Shown here in pieces: positions 20,892-33,093 of a stretch of DNA of 64,000 nucleotides. The position numbers were made by a program, and so were the translations under genes. The stretch spans positions 128,001-192,000 of the forward strand of contig CAVSLC010000019.1 in NCBI GenBank assembly GCA_963728565.1, given 5' to 3'. Numbering within the stretch: position 1 is the stretch's first letter; every line of letters begins with the position of its first letter. The notes under the pieces are model-generated. The model had not been told where the DNA came from and did no database searches. It worked only from the letters and a program-made list of their open reading frames with translations. The stretch is from an uncultured delta proteobacterium. Its GTDB lineage: Bacteria > Desulfobacterota > Binatia > UBA9968.

Positions 20892-22243
20892 ATGACGAGA
20901 AGAAGCTTCCGCTACAGTCGCGACCGCTATTGAGGTGTTGTCGCTTTGCTCGGGATGTCTTTGGCTCATTTCGATTCTTTTGCCGCGGCGCAAAGCAACA
21001 AAAGAACCGGCGCGGTATCGCCGGGTAAGTCAACGAAAGCTGACATGCCGTCGGCACGCGAGCAGGCGCAACCGACCGAGGAACCAAAGCCCGAGCCCTC
21101 GGCTTTCGCCGGGCGCTAGCGGACAAGAGCTTAGTGAGTTCGGTGCGCTTCATCTCCACTTCGCGCTATACTCGCGTGCTGCTCGACTTATCCAAAGAAG
21201 CTAAATATCGAAATTCACCGGCTTGAGGGAGATAAGTCGAAAGGGTTGGCGCCGCGAACTTACATCGACATCTCAGGGGCGCAACTGCTGACGCATTCTA
21301 AAGAACCGCTCGCGGTTGGCGACCGGCTTTTGCGCCAGATACGCGTCGGCCAGTATAGCGATGATGTCGTGCGGGTAGTTTTGGACTTGGCCGATGATCA
21401 GGACCGCTTATGAAATTTCGTTACTTCCCGATTTGTATCGACTGGTCATCCATATCCAGCCTCAACGGACCGGTGAGACGGTTAAATCAGGCGCCGATAA
21501 GGCGGTTATCAGGACAACTGCAAAAACTAAGCAACCGGCGAAGACAACGGTGTCCGGCATCCGTAAAATCGTACTGGATCCGGGCCACGGCGGCAAGGAT
21601 CCGGGCGCCATCGGTGTCGGCGGAGTAGCTGAGAAAGATCTGGTGCTGTCAATCGCCAAGAAACTGGCGATCAAGCTCACACGTGAATTGGGGATCGAAG
21701 TGATCTTGACGCGCAAAGACGATCGCTACATTCCGCTGGAAGACCGCACCGCCACCGCAAATGCCGAAGACGCCGATTTGTTCGTCTCGCTTCACATGAA
21801 CGCCAGTCCGAACCTAGAAGCCAGAGGACTGGAAACCTATTATCTCGACAACACCAGCGATGAAGCCTCGATCCGGCTGGCCGCCCGGGAAAACAGCACG
21901 TCGCGAAAAAATATTTCGGATCTGCAGTTCATCTTGAGCGACATGATGCAGAATGTGAAGCTTGAAGACTCGATCAGTCTGGCGCACCATCTCCAGGGCG
22001 CCGTGGTCAGCGGCATGTCGCGCAAGATGAGCGATGTCAAAGATCTGGGCGTTAAGAAAGCACTGTTTTACGTGCTGGTCGGCGCCCGGATGCCGAGCGT
22101 TTTAGTGGAAATGTTTTTCATCACCAATCGTGTTGAAGGCCGGGCGATGAACGATGAAGGACATCAGGACGCAATGGTCGACGCGCTGCTGGAGGGCATT
22201 CGCAGATACAATCAGGGCACAGTGGCGACTAGAACACTTGTAG
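20892..22243 (+). CDS. amiC: N-acetylmuramoyl-L-alanine amidase (AMIN + Amidase_3, AmiC-type), frameshifted; ends approximate
   Basis: AMIN-like TRVLLDL and IRVGQYSDDVVRVVLDL, then IVLDPGHGGKDPGA, EKDL, FVSLHMNA, PSVLVEMFFITN. Confidence 0.85.
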
Positions 22244-22257
22244 AGGTAAACTTACTC

Positions 22258-24967
22258 GTGGACTCTGTCTCATCGCCTCATTCTTTGCTCCAGGAAACCA
22301 AGGACATCACGGGCCTGACTGGTTTGACCCGCAGCTATGTGCAAAAGGCGCGTACCGCCTTGTTCGAGAAGCACCGCGCCGGCGGCGGCGGGCTCGAAAT
22401 CGCTGCCGCCTATTCAAAAATGATGGACGAGCTGATTTGCCATCTCTTCGCCGCAATCAGCAAGGATTTTTTGCGCCGTTATCCCACCGGCAATCCACAA
22501 TGCGCGATTATTGCTCAGGGAGGCTATGGTCGAAGCGAGCTTAATCCGCACTCGGATATCGATCTCCTGTTTATCTACTCATGGAAAGTTTCGCCGTTCG
22601 TCGAGGCGGTCACCGAGAAACTCCTCTATTCGCTATGGGACGCCGGGCTTCAGGTGGGTCATGCCATTCGTAGCATCAGTGAGTCGATGCGCTTGGCCAG
22701 CACCGATATGAAAGTCAGGACGGCGCTTCTCGATAGCACGATACGTCTGCGGCGACCAAACCCTCTACAACGAATTTGAGAAAGCCGTCCAGAGCCGTTT
22801 GGCCAGAAAAAGGGTCAACGGGTTTGTCGGCGAAAAGCTCGCCGAAAACGACGCACGCCATGCCGGCTACGGCGGTTCGGTTTATCTGTTGGAACCCGAC
22901 GTCAAGGAGAGCGAGGGAGGGTTGCGGGATATCCATACCGCGCGTTGGATGGCGCGTGTCAAAATGCAGGCGAAAGATCTCGATGAGCTGGCGGCCAAGG
23001 GCATCATCAGCGCGGCGGATATCGCGAAACTGAAGGCCTCCCATGATTTTCTCCTGCGAGTCCGCAATGAGCTGCATTTTTCCACCGGCAAACACCAGGA
23101 CCAGTTGACTTTCGAAGAACAGGAGAAGGTGAGTCAGGCGCTGGGTTTTCAAGGCGAAGGCAGCCTCAAAGCGGTCGAAGTATTCATGAGCCATTATTAT
23201 CGGCACGCTTCAGAAATCAGCCGCCTCACCGCCTTGATCACGCATCGCTTGACCGATAGTGGCTGGCCGCTTATCGGCGGGATGGTCGGCCTCGGGCGAA
23301 ATATACGGGAGGGAGTAAGGATCTCCAGAGACCACATCACGATCACCAAACCGGAGATTCTTACGACGGGATCGCGGCAATCTGATGGGCATCTTCGAAG
23401 AGATGCAAAAGCATCGCTGCTCGCTCAGTCACGAAAGCCGAGAGCTGCTGCGCGCCCATCTCCATTTGATCGATGATGCCTTTCGAGCTTCGGCCGCCGC
23501 CAACTTGCCTTTTTTCCGGATTCTCAAATGGAAGGAAGGCGTTTACGACACGCTGTTCGAAATGCATCGGGCCGGAGTTCTCGGCGCCTTCATTCCCGAA
23601 TTCGGCAGGCTTCTTTGCATGGTTTTGCACGATGCCTATCACATCTACACTGTCGACCAACACTCGTTGCGCTTGATTCAGGAAATCGAGCGGCTTAAAG
23701 CCGGGGAGTTCAAGGAATCGCTGCCGTTGCTGACGCAGTTAGCGCGAGAAGCCGAAAAGATCGAGCTGCTCTATCTCGGGCTCATGTTTACACGATATCG
23801 GCAAAGGCTTCGGTGGCGGTCATTCCGAACGGGGCGCCGTGATGGTGCGCCAGATCGCCGATCGCATGCGGCTTAATGTCGACGACGGCGCGCTGGTGGA
23901 ATTCTTGGTTCGGCATCATCTGCTGATGACTAATACCGCTTTTCGCCGCGATCTGGAAGACGAGAAAACCATATGTGACTTCGCTCAAACGATGGGCAGT
24001 GTTAACAATCTCAAGATGCTCTATCTGCTCACCTATGCCGACGTTCGAGGCGTCGGGCCCGACGTTTGGAATCCGTGGAAGGCATCGCTGCTGGGCGAAC
24101 TCTATGTAAAGACGCTGACGGTGTTGGAGGACATGGAGAAAGGCGAGTTTCACCATCAAGACATTCGCGCCGCTCTGGGTCGCATTCAGACTCGCGTGCC
24201 GCGAAGAATTATCGGCGAGTTCCTCATCCGAAGAAGTCGATCGTTTTATCGAGGTAATGCCCGAACGTTACTTTTTATCAGTGGCGGAAGACGAAATTCC
24301 TGCGCATTTCGCTCTGATGCAAGAATTTAAAGGCCGCTGGCGCGGCGGTTTCCATTGAGCACTTTCCGGAAAAAGATTGCAGCACCGTAGCCATCTGCAC
24401 CGCCGATCGTCCCGGGCTGTTTGCTTCAATCGCCGGGGTTATGGCGGCGATGAGATTGGATATTCTCAACGCCCGAATTTTCACCGCCAGCGATGGCCGG
24501 ATTCTCGACATCTTTCGAGTATCGCACGGCGGGCGCTCGGAAATTGCCATGTCCGAGCAGAGCTGGAGCCGTTTCGCTCGACTTTGGAAGCGGTTTTGGA
24601 TGGAAACATCGACGTTGAACGGCTGGTGGAAAAATCACAATCGACGCTTTTTCGAAAGCGCATGCCTAAAGTGATGACCTCCATCCAAGTAGACAATGAA
24701 GCCTCGGCTCTTTACACGGTCGTCGAAGTATATACCGCGGATCGCCTCGGCATCTTGTTTAGGATAACTTATACGCTGCACCAGCTTGGCCTTTCGATTC
24801 ATGTGGCAAAGATATCGACCAATGTCGATCAGGTGGCCGACGTATTTTTTGTCACCACTGAGCGAGGCGGCAAGGTTGAAGACTCCGCGCGCATTGAAGC
24901 GATTCGCCAGACACTCTACGCTAGCCTCGTTCCCGATGATGAAAGAATCGCTGCACCCTTACATTGA
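22258..24967 (+). CDS. glnD: [Protein-PII] uridylyltransferase/uridylyl-removing enzyme, frameshifted
   Basis: AQGGYGRSELNPHSDIDL, EPDVKESEGGLRD, HD domain HIYTVDQH, and two ACT domains (ADRPGLF, DRLGILF..DVFFV). Confidence 0.93.
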
Positions 24968-25877
24968 TTCATTTCTGACGATGATCAGTGTCGAGAAGGG
25001 GCTTGCCAAAAACACCGTGGAGGCCTATAGCCGCGATCTCTCCGGACTGGCGGAGTTTCATGCTCGAACAGAAGATAACCTGCTGGGATGCGGTGGAGCC
25101 GATTCATCTTCGTTCGTTCGTGTCATCTTTGCGCGTCCGCAATCTGAGCAGTCGTTCGATCGCCCGACAGATTGTCACCTTAAGGCGGTTCTATCGTTTT
25201 CTGCAAATGAAGGGTTGGTGGAGTAGTCCTCCGATTCCGGAGTTTCATTTAAGCAGTGCAGCGCGAAAATTGCCGCATGCTCTTAACGGGGACGATGTCC
25301 GCTGCTCTCTTGAATCAACCGGATCCCCAATCAAGTTCTGGGAGCGCGCGACCAGGCGATGTTGGAACTACTCTATGCAACTGGCCTGCGGGTCTCGGAG
25401 TTGGTGCTGATCAAGCTCCAACAGGTCGATTTCCAAGGCGATTACCTAACCGTCAGCGGCAAAGGATCCAAGATGCGGGCTGTGCCGTTTGGCAAATGGG
25501 CGCGGGAAAAACTACTGCGGTACATTCAAGAAACTAGGCCGCGTCTGCTGAAGGGCAAATCCAGCGCATTTCTATTCCTCAACCGTTCCGGTCAAGCGCT
25601 CACCCGGCAGGGATTCTGGAAGATCATTCGGGGTTACGCCCGGGCTGCCGGCATCGATAAAAAGGTTTCGCCCCATACGTTGCGCCATTCTTTCGCCACC
25701 CATTTGCTGGCAGGCGGCGCTGATCTTCGCTCGGTGCAAACGATGCTCGGCCATGCGGATATTTCGACGACACAGATCTATACTCACGTCGATGCCAATC
25801 GCCTGAAACAGGCCCACCAACGCTATCACCCGCGCGAAAGCGGCGCGCAACGTAAGCCAAAACTGGCGATCGAGTAG
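24939..25877 (+). CDS. xerD: Tyrosine recombinase XerD, frameshifted
   Basis: EKGLAKNTVEAYSRDL, LELLYATGLRVSEL, GKGSK, TRQGFWK, SPHTLRHSFATHLL.GGADLRSVQ.MLGHADISTTQIYTHV. Confidence 0.92.
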
Positions 25878-25980
25878 CGCAAGTCCTGCGTATATCGGAC
25901 ATTGAAGTGTTCTCGTTTCATCTTGTGTTTTAATAAGCTTTACCGTACGTTTTTAAACTATTTCTCGAAAGATATAAACT

Positions 25981-26654
25981 TTGGAAGAAACCATAAGACA
26001 GATTGCGATCTGGGCCCTTCCGGTATTGCTGGCGATTGTGTTTCATGAGGTGGCGCATGGCTGGGTGGCTTACCACCTGGGCGATTCGACTGCCGCACAA
26101 ATGGGCCGCCTTACCTTGAATCCCATTGCCCATGTCGATCTGTTCGGGACTATTCTGATTCCTCTGCTGCTGATCATTTCAAATGCGCCGTTTCTGTTCG
26201 GCTACGCCAAGCCGGTGCCGGTGAATTTTCAAAACCTGCGAAACCCCAAACGAGACATGATCTGGGTGGCGTTGGCCGGCCCGGCGACCAATTTTCTACT
26301 GGCGTTGATGTGCGTCTTGTTGCTCAAGTTTCTCGTCCCGATGATCGGCAAAAGCTCTCCGGCTTGGACATGTCCGCGTCGCTTGTTGATTTTTTTGTGC
26401 CGATCATTTTCATGCTCGAGAGAGGAATTTTGATCAATATCGTGTTGGCCGTCTTTAACCTGCTGCCGCTGCCGCCGCTCGACGGCGGGCGCGTGTTGGT
26501 GGGTTTGCTGCCCGAGCCTTTTTCTACGCTGCTGGCGCGTATCGAACCGTTTGGCTTTCTCATTCTGCTGGTGCTGCTCATGACCCGGTCCTTGAGCTGG
26601 ATCATCGGACCGCCGCTCGATTTTTTGCTAAAAGTTTTCCTCGAATTGATTTAG
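25981..26654 (+). CDS. Site-2 protease family (peptidase M50), frameshifted
   Basis: HEVAH, GRLTLNP, GYAKPVPVN, ALAGP, FNLLPLPPLDGG. Confidence 0.92.
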
Positions 26655-26666
26655 GATTGGACTATT

Positions 26667-27645
26667 ATGGAAATCATCGTTAGCGGCGCCAGACCCACCG
26701 GGCGCTTGCACCTCGGACACCTGCACGGCGCGCTCAAGAACTGGATTCGTTTGCAGGAAAATTATCGGTGCTATTTCTTTGTCGCCGACTGGCATGCGCT
26801 CACCACCGATTACGCCGACTCCCCAAGGAATCAGGCAAAGCACGATTGAAATGGTCATGGACTGGCTTAGCGTCGGCCTTGATCCGGCGCGCTCCGTGCT
26901 GTTTCGCCAATCCCGGGTGAAAGAACACGCCGAGTTGCATTTGATTTACTCGATGATTACCCCGGTGCCGTGGCTCGAGCGCAACCCCACCTATAAAGAG
27001 CAGATCAAGGAGCTCACCGGCAAAGACCTTTCGACCTACGGGTTTCTTGGCTATCCGGTGCTGCAGGCGGCCGACATCACCATTTATAAAGCGAACAAGG
27101 TTCCCGTCGGCGTGGATCAGGCGCCGCACGTGGAGTTGACCCGGGAAATTGTCCGGCGTTTTAATCAACTCTATCGTTCGATATTTCCCGAACCCGAAGT
27201 GTTGCTCACCGAGACGCAGAAATTGCCCGGTTTGGATGGCCGCAAAATGAGCAAGAGTTACGGCAACGCAGTTTTTCTCTCCGATCCTGCGGAGGAAATC
27301 GACCGCAAGCTCAGCCGGATGATGACCGACCCGGCGCGGGTCAAGCGCACCGATCCGGGGGAGCCGGAGAAGTGCCCGGCATTTCAGCTGCACAAAATCT
27401 ACTGCACGCCTGAAGAGATCGAATTTGTCAGCACGGGCTGCCGCACCGCGGGCATCGGTTGTCTCGAATGCAAAAAGGTTATGATCAAGCATGTGATCGA
27501 AGATCTTGCGCCATTCAGAGAAAAGCGAGCGCAGCTGGAAAAAACCCCTGAAGTGGTCGAAGAAGTCTTGCAGGCCGGCCATGAAGCCGCGCAGAAGAAG
27601 GCGAGTGAAACCATGAGCGAAGTGCGGGAAACATTGGGACTGTGA
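26667..27645 (+). CDS. trpS: Tryptophanyl-tRNA synthetase, frameshift near 26820
   Basis: SGARPTGRLHLGH, ADWHALT, GYPVLQAADI, VPVGVDQ, KMSKS. Confidence 0.96.
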
Positions 27646-28413
27646 GCACCCGAGTTCAATTAGAGATATTCGAGGGTCCTCTGGATCTGCTGCTTCATTT
27701 GATCAAAAAAAATGAGGTGAGCATCACCGACATTCCCATTGCCAGCATCACCGAGCAGTATTTGGCCACCCTGGAGCTGATGGAGACGCTCAGTCTCGGA
27801 TGTCGCCGGAGAATTTCTGGTGATGGCCGCCACCTTGATTCATATCAAATCGCGAATGCTTCTCCCGGCAGGCGCTGACGAGGCGGAGGAGGACGAGGGC
27901 AATGACCCGCGCGACGAGCTGGTGCGCCGACTGTTGGATTACCAGCGCTTCAAGGATGCCGCGAATCAGCTCGAACAGAGAGAAATGTTGAGCCGCGACG
28001 TGTTTGTCCGTTCGGCGACGCCGGTTGAAGAAGCCGCTGCGCCGACGTTCCGCGAGTTGTCGGTTTTCGAGCTGTTAAATGCTCTGCGGCGAGTCATCGA
28101 TCGTTTGCCGAAGGATGTGTTCCATCAGGTGGAACTCGAGAAGGTCACGGTGCGCGAGAAGATGACTCTGCTTCTGGATAAATTGCGCGCCCAGGGCCGG
28201 GTATTATTTGAGGAACTGTTCAACGAGGCCAAGACGCGCATGGATGTGGTGGTGACGTTTCTGGCGATGTTGGAGCTGGTGAAAGTGCGCGCGGTAAGAA
28301 TTTTCCAGGAAGAATTGACGGGACCGATCATTATCGAAGCTGCCGCCTCCATGGAACAAGCCGCGGAACTGGCGAATGCTGAGGAGCCCGAGGAAGAGCA
28401 ACATGGAACGTGA
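27642..28413 (+). CDS. scpA: Segregation and condensation protein A, frameshifted
   Basis: FEGPLDLLLHLI, IKSRMLLP, DPRDELVRRL, VVTFLAMLEL. Confidence 0.94.
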
Positions 28414-29014
28414 AGATGTGAAGTCGATACTCGAGAGCCTGCTGTTTGTCGCCGATGGCCCGTTGACGGTGCAACGTTTGACCGAAGTCATCGACGGCGC
28501 CGGCAAAGACGACATCCGCTCTATTCTCGAAGAGCTGGATAACGAGCTGCAAGACAACCGCCGCGGCATTCGTTTGGTCGAGGTCGCCGGCGGCTACCAG
28601 TTGCGTACCGCCAAGGCGAATGCGGAATGGGTTAAAAAACTTCTCGGCGGCCGGCCGGCGCGAATGGGCCGGGCAACGCTGGAGACATTGGCAATCGTCG
28701 CCTATCGCCAGCCCATCACCAAGGCTGAGATCGAGGCGATCCGCGGCGTCGACGTCGACGGCGTGATTACAACACTGCTGGAGCGCAATCTGGTCCGCGC
28801 CGTTGCGCGCAAGGATGTGCCGGGCAGGCCCTTTCTATATGGGACGACGCCGGAGTTTTTGGAGCTGTTCAATCTCAAGGATCTGGCGCAACTGCCGACC
28901 TTGAAGGAGATGGAAGAGATGACGTTGCCGGAAATTCCGGACGACCAGGTAGCCATTGAACAGCTTGAAGACGCGGAGCAGCCCCAAGAAGCCGAACAGG
29001 AGAAGCGGGATTAA
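28403..29014 (+). CDS. scpB: SMC-Scp complex subunit ScpB
   Basis: LESLLF, VAGGYQLRT, LETLAIVAYRQPITKAEIEAIRGV, PGRPFLYGTT. Confidence 0.95.
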   Translation: MEREDVKSILESLLFVADGPLTVQRLTEVIDGAGKDDIRSILEELDNELQDNRRGIRLVEVAGGYQLRTAKANAEWVKKLLGGRPARMGRATLETLAIVAYRQPITKAEIEAIRGVDVDGVITTLLERNLVRAVARKDVPGRPFLYGTTPEFLELFNLKDLAQLPTLKEMEEMTLPEIPDDQVAIEQLEDAEQPQEAEQEKRD

Positions 29015-29020
29015 GCGGTC

Positions 29021-29806
29021 ATGGAACGCTTGCAGAAAATTCTCGCGCGCGCGGGTCTGGCCTCGCGGCGCGAAGCGGAGCGTTGGATTCTAGAGGGGCG
29101 GGTCAGTGTCAACGGCACCGTGGTGCGCAAATTGGGCACTCAAGCCGAACCATCCAGAGATAGCATCCGCGTCGACGGCAAACGAATCAAACTAGCCGCG
29201 GAACCGGTTTATCTGGCGCTGAACAAACCCGCCGGCGTTATTACCACCCTCAACGATCCGCAACAGCGGCCCGATATCACTCAGTTCTTGGAACCGCTCG
29301 GGGAAAAGCAAAGAGTCTTTCCGGTCGGACGCCTGGATTTCAATTCCTCGGGCCTGATTCTGCTGACCAACGATGGCGAGCTGGCGCAGCGCCTGATGCA
29401 TCCGCGCTTTGGCGTCAAGAAACTCTATCATGTCAAGCTCAGCGCGTGCCCGACCGAAATAGAGCTGGGCCGGCTGCGCAAAGGCATTCGCCTGGAAGAT
29501 GGCATGACCGCGCCGGCGCGCGTGCGCGTGCTGGAGAAACTAAAGAAGAACGCCTGGGTGGAAATTGAAATTCACGAAGGCCGCAACCGCGAAGTCCGCC
29601 GCATGTTCGAAGCGCTGGGCTATTTCGTCGAAAAGTTGATCCGCGTGCGCATCGGCAATGTCGAGCTGGGGCCGCTCGCCCCGGGCGAAATCCGCCCGTT
29701 GATGCGCACAGAAATCATCAAGCTTAAGCGCGCCGTCGGGCTACAAGATAGCCGGTCAGAGCCCGAGAGGCCTGAGAGAAGAAGGCGCGCCGGCTCTCGC
29801 CGTTGA
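29021..29806 (+). CDS. rluB: rRNA pseudouridine synthase (S4 + RsuA/RluB family)
   Basis: ERLQKILARAGLASRR, NKPAG, PVGRLD, LLTNDG, EGRNREVRRM. Canonical position after scpAB. Confidence 0.88.
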   Translation: MERLQKILARAGLASRREAERWILEGRVSVNGTVVRKLGTQAEPSRDSIRVDGKRIKLAAEPVYLALNKPAGVITTLNDPQQRPDITQFLEPLGEKQRVFPVGRLDFNSSGLILLTNDGELAQRLMHPRFGVKKLYHVKLSACPTEIELGRLRKGIRLEDGMTAPARVRVLEKLKKNAWVEIEIHEGRNREVRRMFEALGYFVEKLIRVRIGNVELGPLAPGEIRPLMRTEIIKLKRAVGLQDSRSEPERPERRRRAGSRR

Positions 29807-30329
29807 GTTTTGCCGTCACGGTACAGACAACCCTGTGCGGCTCTTTCCTGTTCTTCCCACGATTGACAACTTCAGTTTCGAACCTACGTATCGTCCAATC
29901 AAACGCGGGAAACTGCTCTGAGACACTGGGTTGCCGAACCAGCCATCGCAGTGGACCGGTCAGCTACGGGATTGCGCTAACACCTTCACGAAGAATTTAG
30001 TTGACGTGATCCAAGGCTGTGATAAATCGGCGATAGAAAAATCACTTTTTACTCGTGGCTGCTGTGTGTGCTGTTTCTGTCGTGGTCGTTGATGACTGGT
30101 CGCACGATGAAAGGCATGCCGATGAAGCCATCGCTCATTCTCCGGCTCGATTGCTGTCGGGGTGCATGTAATATTCCCGTCAGAATCTACTCTCTCCCTA
30201 TACAGCAACTCAGTAGCCGCGCCCGAGGTCCTCCCCGATGTGCGCAAGTGTTACGAACTCCTAGTTCAAGGACAATCGCGGGTAGCAGGTTACTGGTCGG
30301 CTGTACTGCAAAAAATGGAGAGAGAAAAT

Positions 30330-31250
30330 ATGGAAGCAAAAGCAAAAATAAAAGTACTTCTCTTGTCAACGCTAGGATTACTCTTGACCGTTTCAATCAG
30401 CGAGTCAGCGAGCGACCAGCTGGCATGCGGTAGCCAACGAACAATTAGCGAGGCACTGCGGCAGTTGAAACCAGGCGACACACTTCTTGTCAGCGGCGCC
30501 TGTAATGAAAACCTGGTGATACCGGAGGAGGTAGTCAACGTCATATTGGACGGTCAGGGAACGGCAACGATTAATGCCCGAGATCCAAGTGATCCGACTA
30601 TCAATGTACGAGGTAACGGGATTACGATAAGGAATTTTGTTTCGATTGCAGGCGGCGAAACTGGAATCCTGGTGACAAGGGGAGGTGCAGCCACCATCGA
30701 TCGGAATATCATCCACAACGCGGGGAATAATGGCGTCGTTGTAAATCTGAATAGTTCAGCCCGCATCGTTGACAACACCATCCAGGGCAACCCTCAAACT
30801 GGAATTCTTATCACTGATAGCTCATCCGCCCGTATTGGATTTCTGATGACGGGTGACACGGTGGCGCGTCCTAATGTCATTCAAAACAATGGCGAGAACG
30901 GAATCGCCATTGCGCGCAGTTCTCATGCCCGGATTGTAGGGAATACGATAAGCGGCAACGGAGACAATGGAGTCATCGTCAACCGTGTAGCCCATGCCGA
31001 TGTATCGTCTAACACAATTGACAGTAACGGCGGTGATGGCGTGTTCGTGTTTCGAAATTCCGGTGTCAATCTCGGCGAGGATACAGGGAGCGGGATCTTT
31101 GATTCAGCAAATACAACGAACGCTAATAATATGGGCTTTGGGATCAGGTGCGCCATCAACTCCTATGGTGACGGACGCATAGGCACTCTAAATGGCGTCA
31201 GTGGGACGGTTTCCTTTTCGCCCAACTGTGTCAATGCGACGGCGCCTTGA
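30330..31250 (+). CDS. Secreted right-handed parallel beta-helix (pectin-lyase/NosD-like) protein
   Basis: Signal peptide, then TISEAL..PGDTLLVSG and repeated I..N.I.(G/N)N...GI units. Visibly more AT-rich than its neighbours. Confidence 0.85.
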   Translation: MEAKAKIKVLLLSTLGLLLTVSISESASDQLACGSQRTISEALRQLKPGDTLLVSGACNENLVIPEEVVNVILDGQGTATINARDPSDPTINVRGNGITIRNFVSIAGGETGILVTRGGAATIDRNIIHNAGNNGVVVNLNSSARIVDNTIQGNPQTGILITDSSSARIGFLMTGDTVARPNVIQNNGENGIAIARSSHARIVGNTISGNGDNGVIVNRVAHADVSSNTIDSNGGDGVFVFRNSGVNLGEDTGSGIFDSANTTNANNMGFGIRCAINSYGDGRIGTLNGVSGTVSFSPNCVNATAP

Positions 31251-31440
31251 GTCAGCTCTGCTATCTCGAGCACCGTTGCGACCAAAATACTGAAACGCGT
31301 CGTTAAGGACGCGGAGTTCTCAAACAAATTATTGGGGAAAGTGCGATATGAGGCATCCAACAGGAACGAAACTAATTAATTAGTTAGTTAAAGCGCGAAG
31401 CAGATAGCTCAAGTCTGGCAGGACAGCCATTCTTCTAGCC

Positions 31441-31645
31441 TACTTTGTCGAGAAGTTAAGCCGCGGGTGAATCGGCAATCGAGCTGGGGAGGCTTGCGCC
31501 GAAATAAATTCGCTCTTTGATGCCGAAGTTCTTAAACTTAAACGCGCTGTCGGTATTCCGGACAGCCCGTCCGAACGCGAAAAAGAAAGCGCGCCGGCTC
31601 TCGTTGAGTCTCGCCTTCGCAATGCAATAACAACGCTTTGCGGTG
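31441..31645 (+). pseudogene. Decayed duplicate of the rluB 3' end plus about 40 nt of its downstream sequence (matches 29621-29845)
   Basis: YFVEKLSRG*IGN..ELG.LAP..EVLKLKRAVG versus YFVEKLIRVRIGNVELGPLAP..EIIKLKRAVG. Both share gcgcgccggctctcg..ttga. Confidence 0.85.
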
Positions 31646-32075
31646 TTTTGCATTTAGAAGAGGCCAATCATGTCGACTTTTAATGGCAGTCAAACCGACC
31701 GACGAACAGGCTCGTTCATGGGCAACATGGCTTTGTCATGCGGCTCGATTTAACAGCCGGTCCGAGCGCTTTCGTTTTCGCCTATGATGTAGGTGAGCTT
31801 AAAGGCTCCTGGTAGCTTTCTCAGGAGTCAATCATTGTGTGTCCTTGACAGCTCTGCGCATTGAGGGTCGCATCTTGCTTTTTGACATTGACCATTGAAC
31901 CTAGATCGTTCCGGATACCTGCGTACGGTTAGACACCACAATCTTTCGCGAACCACAAACCGTGAATAGGTCGATTTCGTCATCGTCGATTTTTTATTGT
32001 GTGCGAACTCCAACTCAGTGCGGCATAGCTAACGATGCGACAAAAAATCAAACCTTCTTATCGGGACCTGAGCGG

Positions 32076-32320
32076 TCACTTTCTCAGCTCCGCGGCTTTC
32101 GCCGCCATATACGGTTCCTTACTCGCCAAGATAATTTCCGTGAGGTAGTTGACGTAGTTGATCTCCGCCCAGCGCCGGGTCGGTTTACACCGCGCTCAAC
32201 GATCCGTTATCGACCCGCAATCTTCTGTATTCATTCAGCGGCAATTTCATATAGTGGCACAAAATCACCCGGATAACTTCGCCAGGCGAAAAGAAATCGG
32301 CCGCCCGGCACTGTTCGTCG
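32076..32320 (-). pseudogene. Decayed duplicate of the histidine phosphatase 3' end (matches ~33898-34156)
   Basis: GRFLF..VIRVILCHYMKLPLNEYRRLRVDNGSLSAV*..RWAEINYVNYLTEIILASKEPYMAAKAAELRK*. Confidence 0.92.
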
Positions 32321-32430
32321 TTTTGAACAAGTCAGACATCGTGGCGGGCGGCCGAGGCTTTTTTACTTGTCATCTCGGCAGTCAGATCCGATCCTGATAT
32401 TCGATTCGGCCCTGGGGAATCAGTTACGAG

Positions 32431-32988
32431 CTACTTGCCGGAGTTGTTGATCTTAGCGAACTCCTCAACGAAGGATTTCGCTTTGAAGCTGTCGTTGATC
32501 TTAGGTTTATCGCCCTTGTAGATGATATTCAGTTCTCCCAGATATTCCTGCAGCGGTAGCGGTTTGATGGCAAATGCCATGGCAGGTTCGTCGCTGGTGA
32601 TATGATGCTGATGCCACACGCCTTGACCGACATAGAGAGTATCGCCTGGTTTCCAATCGATCCGCTCGCCATCCAGAATGCTATACCCGGTGCCACGAAG
32701 GATAATAATAATCGCTTCGTTGTGTTTGTGCGTAACCGAGTTGGAATGAGGCGGATAGATGTGACAGTCGACCTCGATGATGCGGTTGTCGAAGCCCAGC
32801 TCCTGGGTGCAAAGGCTGCCAAACCAAACGCCGTTGGTTGGTTCCCATTCCATTTTGACGTCTTCCGCCTTGAGCGCCTTGCGCCCGGCTTTGCGTTTGG
32901 CTGCATCTGCCTTGCGGCGATCCATCCGCGCCTTGAAAAGCGAACACTCGCCCTGCTCCCATAGTTCCTTATTTTCGGTATCTGCCAT
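32431..32988 (-). CDS. Cupin domain protein
   Basis: HKHNEAIIIILRGTG...WKPGDTLYVGQGVWHQH metal motifs. AGGAGG SD. Confidence 0.88.
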   Translation of the reverse strand: MADTENKELWEQGECSLFKARMDRRKADAAKRKAGRKALKAEDVKMEWEPTNGVWFGSLCTQELGFDNRIIEVDCHIYPPHSNSVTHKHNEAIIIILRGTGYSILDGERIDWKPGDTLYVGQGVWHQHHITSDEPAMAFAIKPLPLQEYLGELNIIYKGDKPKINDSFKAKSFVEEFAKINNSGK

Positions 32989-33093
32989 TTGTAAATGCCT
33001 CCTTGAATATTGTCGATCCTGATTCTTGCACTATAGCAACGTCCAGCACTGAGATCTCGCTTGGCGGAATAACGATTGCCCATCCTTACGTCG

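Noticed and set aside
21394-22779. Apparent AmiC-GlnD fusion ORF
   Set aside because: Removing one base at agaacacttgtag (~22231-22243) gives a stop, followed by GAGGT and a GTG start for glnD. This fits the pervasive indel errors.
24939-25877. Tyrosine recombinase as the integrase for the nearby islets
   Set aside because: Sequence and position before M50-trpS-scpAB-rluB identify chromosomal XerD. I saw no dif-like sites at the islet ends.
18276-28413. Mass pseudogenisation or programmed frameshifting of mutS, amiC, glnD, xerD, trpS, scpA
   Set aside because: These are core or essential genes with intact motifs and only single-base indels, without accumulated nonsense codons. This is typical of long-read consensus error.
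31804-31830. Hairpin ggctcctg..caggagtc as a fluoride riboswitch
   Set aside because: No GGNGATGG 5' element and no linked fluoride-related gene.
31440-32397. Short ORF-track ORFs between the islets
   Set aside because: They mostly overlap the rluB and phosphatase remnants in other frames or strands, and have no independent coding evidence.
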